This document shows positions 52,231-61,357 of a DNA stretch of 64,000 nt, piece after piece (the stretch's first letter is position 1; each line of letters begins with the position of its first letter). The stretch is from contig OZ244736.1 of assembly GCA_965219405.1 (NCBI GenBank), forward strand, positions 211,129-275,128, given 5' to 3'. Both the position numbers and the translations under genes were made by a program. This stretch comes from Dehalococcoidia bacterium (GTDB taxonomy: Bacteria > Chloroflexota > Dehalococcoidia > UBA6926). Below the pieces are notes generated by a model, which was not told the origin of the DNA, made no database searches, and saw nothing but the letters and a program-made list of their open reading frames with translations.

Positions 52231-53517
52231 ATGGCGGTTGAAACGCGGTCGTCACTCGGTTTATTGAATCCCCGTCGGGTGTTCTACGGGTGGTGGATTG
52301 TCCTGTCGGGCTTTCTGTTGATGCTGTTCTCCACGGGCGTCGGCTTCTACGGCTTCTCGGCGTTTGTGAATCCGATTGCGGACTCTATTGCAGGCGGCAG
52401 CCGTGCGATTGTTGCGACGGCGGTGTCGATCCAGCGCGCCGAATCGGGAATCCTGGGGCCGATCATGGGATTCCTCGTTGATCGGGTGGGGCCACGCATT
52501 ATCCTCATCGGTGGATTCGTCATTGGCGGGACGGGGTTCATCCTTGTGTCGCTGACACAGAATGTGGTCCAGTTCTACGCGGCGTATTTCTTCCTGGCCC
52601 TCGGACTTGGCGCGGGGTCGTTCCTGATCGTCAGCACGGCGGTCACAAACTGGTTCAGCCGCAAGCGCGGCCGTGCGCTCGGATTCTTGTTCCTCGGTCC
52701 GGGGTTTGCGGGCTTCCTGGTACTGGGCATCGTCGAGTTGATCGACATGTTCGGCTGGCGGGCCACATTGGCGGGCATCGGGGTCGCCATGTGGATCATC
52801 TGCATCCCATTGGCACTGATTATGCGGCGCGCGCCGGAGGCATATGGGCAACGTCCGGACGGTGATCCGCCGGTTGAAGAATCGTCAGGAAGGCCGATGC
52901 AGCTGACAGGGGGAGGGGTGCCTGTCGAAGAGGCATCTCTGATTCGAATCGGCAGTGTTCTGCGGAGTGTCGGTTATTACCAGTACATATCTGCGTTCGG
53001 GCTGCAGCAGATGGGATTCTCTGCGCTGGTCATCTTCCAGATTCCGGCACTTCAGACCTTTGGACTGTCGTCAACTGAGGCGGGTCTGGCCGTACTGATC
53101 TGGACGGTCGGCGGACTTCCAGGGCGTCTTGCCTCCGGCTTTTTGGCCGACAAGTTCGACAAGCGGCTGGTGCTGGCGGCAGCGTTCATCATGCAGCTAA
53201 TCGGCTTGTTCTTCTTCTTGACGACGACGAATCTGAGCGGCGCAGTCTTGTACGGCGTGACGCACGGCATCGGGTGGGGCATGACGACTCCGTCCCGGCT
53301 GGCATTGCAAGGCGAGCTGTGGGGGCGGGCGATATTCGGTCGGTTGATGGGGATTCAAACCGGGACATCCGCGATCGGGTCCATCATCTCGCCGATATTC
53401 GTCGGGTGGTGGTTCGATACGTTCGACGAGTACAAGACGCCGATCATGTTGCTGTTCATGCCGCTGTTCATCTGCATTGTGTTGGTGCTGACACTGAGGC
53501 GACCAAACCTGGGCTAA
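52231..53517 (+). CDS. MFS transporter
   Basis: 428 aa with ~12 TM segments. 'RRVFYGWWIVLSGFLLM' is paralogous to the ORF at 28253. Confidence 0.85.
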   Translation: MAVETRSSLGLLNPRRVFYGWWIVLSGFLLMLFSTGVGFYGFSAFVNPIADSIAGGSRAIVATAVSIQRAESGILGPIMGFLVDRVGPRIILIGGFVIGGTGFILVSLTQNVVQFYAAYFFLALGLGAGSFLIVSTAVTNWFSRKRGRALGFLFLGPGFAGFLVLGIVELIDMFGWRATLAGIGVAMWIICIPLALIMRRAPEAYGQRPDGDPPVEESSGRPMQLTGGGVPVEEASLIRIGSVLRSVGYYQYISAFGLQQMGFSALVIFQIPALQTFGLSSTEAGLAVLIWTVGGLPGRLASGFLADKFDKRLVLAAAFIMQLIGLFFFLTTTNLSGAVLYGVTHGIGWGMTTPSRLALQGELWGRAIFGRLMGIQTGTSAIGSIISPIFVGWWFDTFDEYKTPIMLLFMPLFICIVLVLTLRRPNLG

Positions 53518-53550
53518 GGGCGCTGCGACAAGGCGGGTTAGAATCCCAGC

Positions 53551-54669
53551 ATGGGCGAGTGGCCGAGACCTTGGCGGTACATTTTTCACGCTGATATGGA
53601 CGCGTTCTTTGCGGCTGTTGCGCAGCGGGATGATCCGAGTTTGCGCGGTAAGCCTATCGTCGTGGGTGGGCGACCGGAATCGCGCGGTGTGGTGGCTGCC
53701 GCGTCCTATGAAGCACGCAAGCTCGGGGCGAGATCCGCAATGCCCATGGCGACCGCGCTGCGTCTCAGCCCGGATATCATTCGCGTCGGGCATCGCCCCG
53801 GAGGCTACGGCAACATCTCGCGGCAGGTCATGACCATCCTGCGTCGCGTGACGCCATTGGTACAGCAGATCTCCGTGGATGAGGCATACGTGGATGTGAC
53901 GGACGTAGCGGGGCCGGACAAGCTGGAGCCGTTGGGCAGGGAGATCAAGCGGCAGGTACGACGCGCCACAGGCCTCGCCGTCACAATCGGCGGCGGCGTC
54001 AACCGGACTGTGGCAAAAGTAGCGTCACAGGTAGGTAAACCGGATGGGCTGCTGCTTGTGCCCCCCGCGACCGAGGATGAGTTTCTCGCGCCGCTTGACG
54101 TTTCACTCCTGAGTGGTGTCGGGCCGGCGACACTCGCGACCTTGCACAAGCAGGACATTCGCACAATGGGACAACTCGCCAAAGCGGACGATGAGTGGCT
54201 GATGGAGCACTTCGGCCGCCGCGGAGTGTGGCTCAAGGAGCGCGCGCTTGGCGCCGGCTCCTCCGAGCTGGAGTTCGAGGACGAGCGGCAGGTCAAGTCG
54301 ATAAGCAGCGAGACGACGATGAGGACGGACACTGCTGACGGGGAAATCTTGCTGAAGCTGGTGCACGAGCAGGGGGCCGACGTGGTTCGACAGATGCGGA
54401 GCAAGGGGCTGCGAGCGCGGACTGTCCGCCTCAAGCTGCGCCTTTCAGATTTCACGACATTCACACGGCAGCAGTCGCTTCCTCGCCCCACGGATGATGA
54501 GGCAGCAGTGCTTGGGGTGGCGGGTGAGCTTTTGCGGCGGGAATTGGAGCCGGGGCGGGAGTTTCGGCTTATCGGGGTGGCGGTGGCGTCGTTGGAGCCT
54601 GCGCTGGACCAGCCGCAAGAGTCAGACAAGGGACCGGCGGCGGGCGGTCAGATACGGATGAGAATCTAG
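53551..54669 (+). CDS. dinB: DNA polymerase IV (Y-family)
   Basis: 'IFHADMDAFFAAVAQRDDPSLRGKPIVVGG' and 'SVDEAYVDVT' catalytic motifs. Confidence 0.9.
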   Translation: MGEWPRPWRYIFHADMDAFFAAVAQRDDPSLRGKPIVVGGRPESRGVVAAASYEARKLGARSAMPMATALRLSPDIIRVGHRPGGYGNISRQVMTILRRVTPLVQQISVDEAYVDVTDVAGPDKLEPLGREIKRQVRRATGLAVTIGGGVNRTVAKVASQVGKPDGLLLVPPATEDEFLAPLDVSLLSGVGPATLATLHKQDIRTMGQLAKADDEWLMEHFGRRGVWLKERALGAGSSELEFEDERQVKSISSETTMRTDTADGEILLKLVHEQGADVVRQMRSKGLRARTVRLKLRLSDFTTFTRQQSLPRPTDDEAAVLGVAGELLRRELEPGREFRLIGVAVASLEPALDQPQESDKGPAAGGQIRMRI

Positions 54670-54763
54670 TTTCGCGGTATGATTCAGATGCGGCGCTGCG
54701 GCGTCGTTGTTTATATCTCGGTCTGATTCAATCGGGCCTATCCACTTGGGAGGGGAAGTCATC

Positions 54764-57007
54764 GTGACACAGCTTGCGTCTTATAACATCGTTGGCCATG
54801 CGACGCCTCGGGCAGAGGGTCCGGACAAGGTAACGGGCCTGGGCAAATACGGGATGGATCGGGCGATGGAGGGGATGCTGTGGTGCAAGATACTGCGCAG
54901 CCCGTTCGCGCACGCTCGCATCGTCAGCATTGATACGAGCGAGGCCTCGGCGCTGCCGGGCGTCCACATGGTGCTGACGGGCAAGGACATGGAGGGGGTG
55001 CGGACGAATCGCTCCACCTATAAGGACGAGCCGGCGCTGTGCTGGGATACGGTGCTCTATGTGGGCGACAAGGTGGCAGCCGTCGTCGCCGAGGATGAGG
55101 ACATCGCCGAGCGCGCCCTGGAGCTTATCCAGGTGGAATACGAAGAGTTTGCGCCCGTGCTGACTGCGCGGGAGGCCGCGCAGCCGGATGCGACGATTCT
55201 GCACCCGGACTTTGCCAACTATGTCGGCGTGGAAGATGCGCCGGAGACGCCGACCAACATCCTTGTCACGCTGAATCGCGGGCGGGGGGATGTTGAGGCG
55301 GGTTTCGCAGCGGCGGACGTTATCGTCGAGGAATCGTACACGACGCCGCATCAGCACCAGGCCTATCTTGAGCCTCACTCCGTCCTCATGGACGTCGAGG
55401 ATGACGGCACGGTGCAGATCTGGATGTCGTGCCAGTTGCCGGCGGCCAACGTCGGGGAGCTGCTGCGCGTTCTCGATCTGCCGCCGGAGAAAGTCGTTAT
55501 CAATACGTCGTACATCGGCGGCTCGTTCGGCGGCAAGACGGACGCGACGGGCGTCTACATCATGCAGGAATTCTCGAAGCGGACAGGACGTCCCATCAAG
55601 CTGGTATTTGACTATTCAGAGGAGTTGATGGCATCCAATCCGCGCCACCCCTCCGAGATCCGCATCAGGGCGGGCGTCAAGCGGGACGGGACGATCACGG
55701 CGTGGCAGGCGGAGGCGTACATGGCGGTAGGGGCGTACGCTTCCTACGCGCCTATCCCGAACGGTCTGCGCGGCGTGTTTGAGATGGGCGGGGCATATCG
55801 CTGTGAGAACGTCGCGATGAACATCACGCACACGTACGCCAATCTTGTGCCGTGCGGATTCGCACGAGCGCCGGGGATGCCGCAGGGGCTGTGGGCCGGG
55901 GAATCGCACATTGACCTCTGTGCGCGTGCCATCGGCATGGATCCGGCGGAGTTCCGGTCGCAGAATATCGTCCATGAGGGCGAGGCGCTGATGACGGGGG
56001 ACGAGTTCCAGGCGATGAGGGCAGACACAACGCTGGAGGAGGCGCTGAGGGCGGCGGATTACTCTGCTGCCAAGCCGACGAACATCGGGCGCGGCATCGG
56101 CACCGGCCATCACTCGCAGGGCGGCGGCGCGGCAGTGTGCCAGGTGACGATCACTGCGGACGGCGGAATCACGGCGCACTTCTCGACGTTCGATACGGGC
56201 GGCGGGACGTTCACCATCATCGCGCAGGTTGTGGCAGAGCAGCTTGGGGTGTCGCCTCAAGATGTAGAAGCCCTCTCATTTTCGACAAATCAGATTGGTC
56301 CTTTGCAGGGGATCGGTGGGAGCCGCGGGGCACGCGTCACGAGCACTGTCGGCCACCAGGCGGCAGCTGAGACGGCAGACAAGCTGCGACGGCTGGCGGC
56401 GGAGTTCCAGGGCTGGGACGAGGAGCGGCTGACACTGACGGGCGGGAACGTCGTCAACGATAGCGGTGAAACGATTTCGTTTGGTCAGATTGCGGCGCGG
56501 ACGGGGGAGCCAATTGTCACGCGCGTCGACATCCAGGAAGGCAGCAGCCCGTACACCGCCTTTGGAACGCAGATCGCCGAAGTGGAGGTGGACCCGGAGA
56601 CGGGCGAGGTGTGCGTACTGAAGATCACCGCCGTGCATGAGACGGGGCGCGTGCTGAATCCGGTCGCATTCTACGGACAGCTTGAGGGGGGCGTCGTGTA
56701 CGGCTTTGGCGAGACGGTGATGACGGAGACGGTCTATGACGAGTCGGGCCGTGTGACCAATCCATCATTCGCAGATATGAAGCTGCCGACGGTGCGAGAT
56801 TTGCCGGAGTTGAATGAGATCGTGTTGGAGTCGGACGTGGGCGACGGACCTTATGCGGTGCGGGGCATCGGCGAGCACACGAACATCATGACCGCGCCAG
56901 CCATTGCGAACGCGATTGAGGACGCCGTTGGCGTACGGATCACGGCGCTGCCGATCACAGCGGAGAAGGTTTATGCGGCGCTGCAGGAGAAGCGCAACGG
57001 GGGGTAG
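54764..57007 (+). CDS. xanthine dehydrogenase/aldehyde oxidase family molybdopterin-binding large subunit
   Basis: ORF 54707..57007. GTG 54764 is preceded by GGGAGGGG. 'GHATPRAEGPDKVTGLGKY' N-terminus and the molybdopterin-binding domains. No 2Fe-2S or FAD subunit genes are nearby. Confidence 0.85.
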   Translation: MTQLASYNIVGHATPRAEGPDKVTGLGKYGMDRAMEGMLWCKILRSPFAHARIVSIDTSEASALPGVHMVLTGKDMEGVRTNRSTYKDEPALCWDTVLYVGDKVAAVVAEDEDIAERALELIQVEYEEFAPVLTAREAAQPDATILHPDFANYVGVEDAPETPTNILVTLNRGRGDVEAGFAAADVIVEESYTTPHQHQAYLEPHSVLMDVEDDGTVQIWMSCQLPAANVGELLRVLDLPPEKVVINTSYIGGSFGGKTDATGVYIMQEFSKRTGRPIKLVFDYSEELMASNPRHPSEIRIRAGVKRDGTITAWQAEAYMAVGAYASYAPIPNGLRGVFEMGGAYRCENVAMNITHTYANLVPCGFARAPGMPQGLWAGESHIDLCARAIGMDPAEFRSQNIVHEGEALMTGDEFQAMRADTTLEEALRAADYSAAKPTNIGRGIGTGHHSQGGGAAVCQVTITADGGITAHFSTFDTGGGTFTIIAQVVAEQLGVSPQDVEALSFSTNQIGPLQGIGGSRGARVTSTVGHQAAAETADKLRRLAAEFQGWDEERLTLTGGNVVNDSGETISFGQIAARTGEPIVTRVDIQEGSSPYTAFGTQIAEVEVDPETGEVCVLKITAVHETGRVLNPVAFYGQLEGGVVYGFGETVMTETVYDESGRVTNPSFADMKLPTVRDLPELNEIVLESDVGDGPYAVRGIGEHTNIMTAPAIANAIEDAVGVRITALPITAEKVYAALQEKRNGG

Positions 57008-57053
57008 GTGCTCCCGGCGCGACTATACTGTTGGGGCGAAGGGGGCGGTGATT

Positions 57054-57275
57054 ATGGACGCAGCGCCGAAGGAAATCACGTTTCTTGTAAGGGAATCACC
57101 GGAGGGCGGCTTCGAGGCGGAGGCCCTCGGTTACAGCATCTTCACATTCGCGGACGATTGGGCAGGCATCAAGTACATGATTCGGGATGCGGTGCTGTGC
57201 CACTTCGAGGATGGAGAAGCACCGAAGACAATCTCTATCGAGCGAGTCACTAACAAAGAAGTCATCGCAGTGTGA
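57054..57275 (+). CDS. HicB-like antitoxin (short form)
   Basis: 73 aa from ATG 57054. 'ITFLVRESPEGGFEAEALGYSIFTFADDWAGIKYMIRDAVLCHFEDGEAP' matches the HicB-like antitoxin pattern. Its TGA overlaps the GTG of the next gene (GTGA). Confidence 0.6.
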   Translation: MDAAPKEITFLVRESPEGGFEAEALGYSIFTFADDWAGIKYMIRDAVLCHFEDGEAPKTISIERVTNKEVIAV

Positions 57276-57523
57276 GGGCACCCCGCGATCTCTCGGGGCA
57301 AGAGCTGGCCGCGCTGCTGCGTAGGCACTATGACTACATCTCTCGGCGCCAACGGGGAAGTCATATGCGGCTCGTCAGTACTCGGATGGGTGTTCCCCAC
57401 CATGTAACGGTGCCCAGAAATGACCCACTGCCTGTAGGCACTCTTGATAGTATTTTGCGCGACGTGGCCAATTACCTTGAGATTACGAAGGACGAGCTTA
57501 TTCAAGAATTATTTGGCAGGTAG
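57272..57523 (+). CDS. hicA: HicA/YcfA-family toxin
   Basis: 83 aa. 'SGQELAALLRRHYDYISRRQRGSHMRL...VPRNDPLPVGTLDSILRDV' has the GSH catalytic region and the C-terminal 'GTLxxIL' of HicA. Confidence 0.7.
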   Translation: MRAPRDLSGQELAALLRRHYDYISRRQRGSHMRLVSTRMGVPHHVTVPRNDPLPVGTLDSILRDVANYLEITKDELIQELFGR

Positions 57524-57574
57524 CTGACCTACCCATGTCTTTGTCTACTCCGTAACACTCCAATGGAGATTCAG

Positions 57575-57671
57575 ATTCCCGCCTGCGCGGGAATGACGGG
57601 GGACGGCGGGTGGGGCGGAAGTGATGGGGGGAGCGCCCTGCGGGCGGCGTGGGCCCCCGCCTTCGCGGGGG
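57575..57671. repeat. cluster of REP-like GC-rich palindromes between convergent genes
   Basis: ATTCCCGC-CTGC-GCGGGAAT (57575-57594), CGCCC-TGC-GGGCG (~57633-57645) and CCCCCGC-CTTC-GCGGGGG (57654-57671). They produce the spurious ORF 'IPACAGMTG...PAFAGDS'. Confidence 0.5.
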
Positions 57672-57687
57672 ATTCGGAGGGGTTTGT

Positions 57688-60156
57688 CTATTCCATCACC
57701 CTCAGCGTGGAGGGGATGTCTGTGCGGCGGAGGCGGCGGGTTGTCAGGAGCGGGGCTAGGCCTACGGCTATTACGCCCAGGGCTATCAAGGTCAGCACGG
57801 ACGTTATTGAGAAGGTGATGATCAGACCAAAATCAGGAGTCGTTCGCGGCAGCAGCACTTCTGTGATGTAGAGCATCAGTCCAAACCCGAGCACCGAGCC
57901 AACAACGGTCGCCAACGCGCCCAGGATCGCGCTTTCTATGACAGCCATGCGCAGCACGGTTCTATATGGCACGCCGAACGCGGCCATCGTGGCGTGCTCG
58001 CGGCGACGTTCGTCCATCGCGATGTTCGCGGTGTTATAGGCAATCAGGATGGCTAACAACAGCGGCACCGTCTGCATCAGCCGCATGACGCTGATGAACT
58101 GATTAAGCAGCTCCTCGGTCAGATTCGCCTCCTCAGCCACAGTCGCAACGGAAACGATACCACTGACGGGAAAGAGTTCCTCCTTGACTTCAATGATTTC
58201 AGCGCCTGGAACGGCCAACGCCGTGATGCGATTGGTCACGTCCGGCACGTTGAGCAGATCCAGGTGGTTGTTGTCCATGTAGACCGTGTTGCGGATGTAA
58301 TGCGGATGGACAGCGAGAATCGGCAGGCGTGAGTCCTCCAACGAGAAAGAGGTGAGTCCCTCACGGACGGGATGCGTCAGAATGATCGCATCGCCAACGT
58401 CGACGCCCAGATCTGTGGCAGCCTTCTCCGACAGCACAACACCGAGAGTCGATGCATCCAGGGAGCCCCGCACGGCGGTTGGCGTCCAGATCTCACTGTT
58501 GAAGTCCATGAACCGAATCAGTACATCGAATTCTTCATCGGTGTCCGGCGCAGAAAGCGCCCCAAAGATTCGGAGTCCGGGCTCAATTGTCTCGATCGTG
58601 TTCGCGTTCCGAATATCGTCCACGACGGATGAGCTGAGCGGCACGGGAAGGGCAAGATCGATTTGCAGGCGCTCCTCCGATGTACTGAGCAACTCGTCAC
58701 GCCCTTGTCGCAACGTTTCAAGGTACGAATCGAGTATCCCAACCAGAACCACCGTGACCGCCACGGCGGCAGCGATGCCCATGATTGTGAGGAATGCGCG
58801 CCGCGGCGCCCGCGCGACGTTGCGGAACGGCAATTGCGCGAAGGTTGCGCCGGGTATCGGCAGTCGGGTAATCAGTGGGGCGAGTCCGCCGCCCCGCGCG
58901 GCAAGGTGTCCCGTCCTGATGGCGTCGATGGGATTGACGCCGACGGCTCGCCAAACCGGATAGCCAATCGAGAACAGCAGGACGAGCAACCCGACAATGC
59001 TGACGGCGATGAAGATCTCATACTGGAACGGCGACACCCAGATGGGCAACGGAACAAACTCGTTCAGAACGCCCTTGAGCGCCTGCGCCAGCAACCACCC
59101 GACAGCCAGCCCAAAGATCACGCCGGTCACTGCTATCTGGCCCCCAACAATGAGGGGCCGCAGCGCGATCTGCCGCGGAGGCACGCCAAGGGCCATGGCC
59201 ACGCCGATTTCGCGCCGCTGGGTTTCGACCATCCTCGACGTGAGATTGAAGGCGGCAAACACCGCGCCAATAAAGATGGCGAATGCGATGATGTTTGTCG
59301 TTTGCTGATCGCCCTCGACATCCTCTGTAATTGAGCGGTAGACCGGGTCATCGATGTCCTGCGTGACATCGACACCCACAAGCGGCAGTTGCGTGCGCAG
59401 CGCCTGCTCAAGCTCGGCGATGACTGTTTCGCGCGAGGCATCGTCGCTGATACGGAGGATGGCCTCATCGACCAGACCGGCGCGTCCTGCAGTATCCTGC
59501 ACCGTCTCCAGTGAGGAGAACATGACTACGTAGCTGGCATGAGCCAGGAACCCTCCGCCCTCCGTGATAACGATGAAGTGCTCCGGCGCAAGCGCGTGCC
59601 CGACATAACGAACCGTTCGACCACCTGCGAGCAGGGCTTCGCCCTCCGGCGGCAGGTTATGAGCCAAGGCGAATTTGTGCTCCAGGAGAACGTTGAGTTG
59701 GCCGGCGTCGGACGGGCCGAGTTCCCGGCCCTCGGTCAGGTGAACACGATTGACCGATATTCCATCGGGGTCTGCGAAGTCCATACCGACCAACTCGCCG
59801 GGAACGAGGATGGTTTCCTCGTTGCCTTCCTCATCGACTGCTACGACCTTAAGCTGCGTCGGGATGGTTAGGCGTTCTTCGACGCCCTCAATTGCACTCG
59901 CAGACGGGATGGACTCAATGATCCGGGTGAGTTGATCTTTTGGCACAAAACTGCCATCGCTGAGGCCAACACGCAGGTCGTACATGCGGGTTGCCTCGAA
60001 GCTGGCGGTGTTTGAGGCTTTGCGCCACTCCGTCATGCTGTTGAACGAGGCGAACGTGCCGATACCCAAGCCGATGACCAGGGATATGGTGACGACCTGT
60101 ATCCAGCGCGCGCGCAGGTCGCGCAAGGACCACTTGATCAGTAAGCGGAGTGTCAT
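57688..60156 (-). CDS. ABC transporter permease with two FtsX-type domains (MacB/YbbP-like)
   Basis: ORF 57688..60222. Start set at 'MTLRLLIKWSLRDLRARW' (ATG 60156). Two 4-TM FtsX modules are separated by large extracytoplasmic regions. Confidence 0.85.
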   Translation of the reverse strand: MTLRLLIKWSLRDLRARWIQVVTISLVIGLGIGTFASFNSMTEWRKASNTASFEATRMYDLRVGLSDGSFVPKDQLTRIIESIPSASAIEGVEERLTIPTQLKVVAVDEEGNEETILVPGELVGMDFADPDGISVNRVHLTEGRELGPSDAGQLNVLLEHKFALAHNLPPEGEALLAGGRTVRYVGHALAPEHFIVITEGGGFLAHASYVVMFSSLETVQDTAGRAGLVDEAILRISDDASRETVIAELEQALRTQLPLVGVDVTQDIDDPVYRSITEDVEGDQQTTNIIAFAIFIGAVFAAFNLTSRMVETQRREIGVAMALGVPPRQIALRPLIVGGQIAVTGVIFGLAVGWLLAQALKGVLNEFVPLPIWVSPFQYEIFIAVSIVGLLVLLFSIGYPVWRAVGVNPIDAIRTGHLAARGGGLAPLITRLPIPGATFAQLPFRNVARAPRRAFLTIMGIAAAVAVTVVLVGILDSYLETLRQGRDELLSTSEERLQIDLALPVPLSSSVVDDIRNANTIETIEPGLRIFGALSAPDTDEEFDVLIRFMDFNSEIWTPTAVRGSLDASTLGVVLSEKAATDLGVDVGDAIILTHPVREGLTSFSLEDSRLPILAVHPHYIRNTVYMDNNHLDLLNVPDVTNRITALAVPGAEIIEVKEELFPVSGIVSVATVAEEANLTEELLNQFISVMRLMQTVPLLLAILIAYNTANIAMDERRREHATMAAFGVPYRTVLRMAVIESAILGALATVVGSVLGFGLMLYITEVLLPRTTPDFGLIITFSITSVLTLIALGVIAVGLAPLLTTRRLRRTDIPSTLRVME

Positions 60157-60169
60157 GGATCTGGCCCGG

Positions 60170-60901
60170 CTACCAGCGCAGATCGGAGATAGCGGCGCGG
60201 CCGCCCTCCGGCGGCCCATCATGCACGATGTTGCCGCTGCTCAACTCGATGACCCTGTCCGCCATGCGGGAAATCTCCCTGTTGTGCGTAACAACCAGGA
60301 TTGTCTTTCCGGATTCCGATTGGCGGCGCAGGAGTTCGAGGATCTGGGCGCCGGTGGTGAAATCAAGCTCGCCCGTCGGCTCATCGGCAAGAACAACAGG
60401 ATTACCGGTGGCGAGGGCGCGAGCGATGGCAACACGCTGCTGCTCGCCGCCGGAGAGTTCATGGGGGAAGTGGGCGACGCGCTCACCAAGACCAACATCG
60501 GTCAGCACATCCACCGCGCCGGACCCGTCACCGTTGCGCTTCCCGGCGGCATCAATCCCAAACTGCACGTTCTCGCGAGCGGTCAGGCCGGGGAACAGGT
60601 TGAAGCTCTGGAAGATGAAACTGACCTTTGAGCGTCGATAGGCAAAGAGCTGGCCTTTTGACGCGCCCGTGACCTCTTGTCCATCGACGATTACACGGCC
60701 CTCGGTGGGAGTATCCAACGCGCCGATCATATTTAGCAGTGTCGTTTTGCCACTGCCGGATGGGCCTAGAACCACGACGAATTCGCCCTCATTGATGGTC
60801 AGGTCGACGTTCTCCAGGGCGGTGACAGTAATTGCGCCAACCTCGTAGCGCTTGGCAATAGCTTCAAGCTCGATCACGACTGTGTCCTTACTCGTCTCCA
60901 A
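60170..60901 (-). CDS. ABC transporter ATP-binding protein (MacB/LolD-type)
   Basis: Walker A 'GPSGSGKTT', signature 'LSGGEQQRVAIARAL' and Walker B 'VVLADEPTG'. Confidence 0.9.
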   Translation of the reverse strand: METSKDTVVIELEAIAKRYEVGAITVTALENVDLTINEGEFVVVLGPSGSGKTTLLNMIGALDTPTEGRVIVDGQEVTGASKGQLFAYRRSKVSFIFQSFNLFPGLTARENVQFGIDAAGKRNGDGSGAVDVLTDVGLGERVAHFPHELSGGEQQRVAIARALATGNPVVLADEPTGELDFTTGAQILELLRRQSESGKTILVVTHNREISRMADRVIELSSGNIVHDGPPEGGRAAISDLRW

Positions 60902-61357
60902 CTCGCCTCACTATACAACCGACGAATGACCCTGAAGGGCATATTTGCTTGAGTTTTGCATTATGGAACGCACGTGCTATTCTGTACAGAGCAGAACAAA
61001 AGAGCGTGCCTTATTTGCATTAGTGCGTTGAATGGCAGTAGGGGCGTTCAGAGGGAGACAAGGGGATAAGAACATGACGACGACACCCAGGAGTTCACAA
61101 CGTAAGCCGTCAGCCGGTAGTGCAGCGTCACGGAACCCCGCCACTTATGGTCCCGGGCGGTATCGCCGCGAGGTTCAGTGGGGCCTCAGGCAGCCGCCGT
61201 CGCCGGCAGAACGGCGGCGCGGAGTCCGCCGAGCCGCCTAAACATCTGCTCAAGTACTGTCATACCGGCTGAGCCTCACTTGCGTTGACAGGGGGCGGGG
61301 TTGTTGGCATTGTGCCAATAGCGTCTGAACAGGCGTGGGAGGAGGCTTGGCACAAGT

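Noticed and set aside
57563-57871. ORF 'MEIQIPACAGMTGDGGWGG...PAFAGDSEG...' (102 aa).
   Set aside because: It is generated by translating the REP-like palindromes and then the antisense of the ABC permease 3' end. It is not a gene.
61032-61241. A 69-aa basic ORF ('MTTTPRSSQRKPSAGSAASRNP...') in the long intergenic region, with a weak GGGGA upstream of an internal ATG.
   Set aside because: Its composition is typical of random high-G+C frames (Arg/Pro/Ala/Gly/Ser), it has no motif, and it overlaps candidate regulatory repeats. It is left uncalled.
61283-61294. A 12-nt identity (CGTTGACAGGGG) between the inner end of TIR-L (32293-32304) and the intergenic region at 61283, possibly a solo TIR.
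   Set aside because: Flanking bases do not match the TIR at all. The shared 12-mer is essentially a -35 hexamer plus a G-run, so it is not a second element end.
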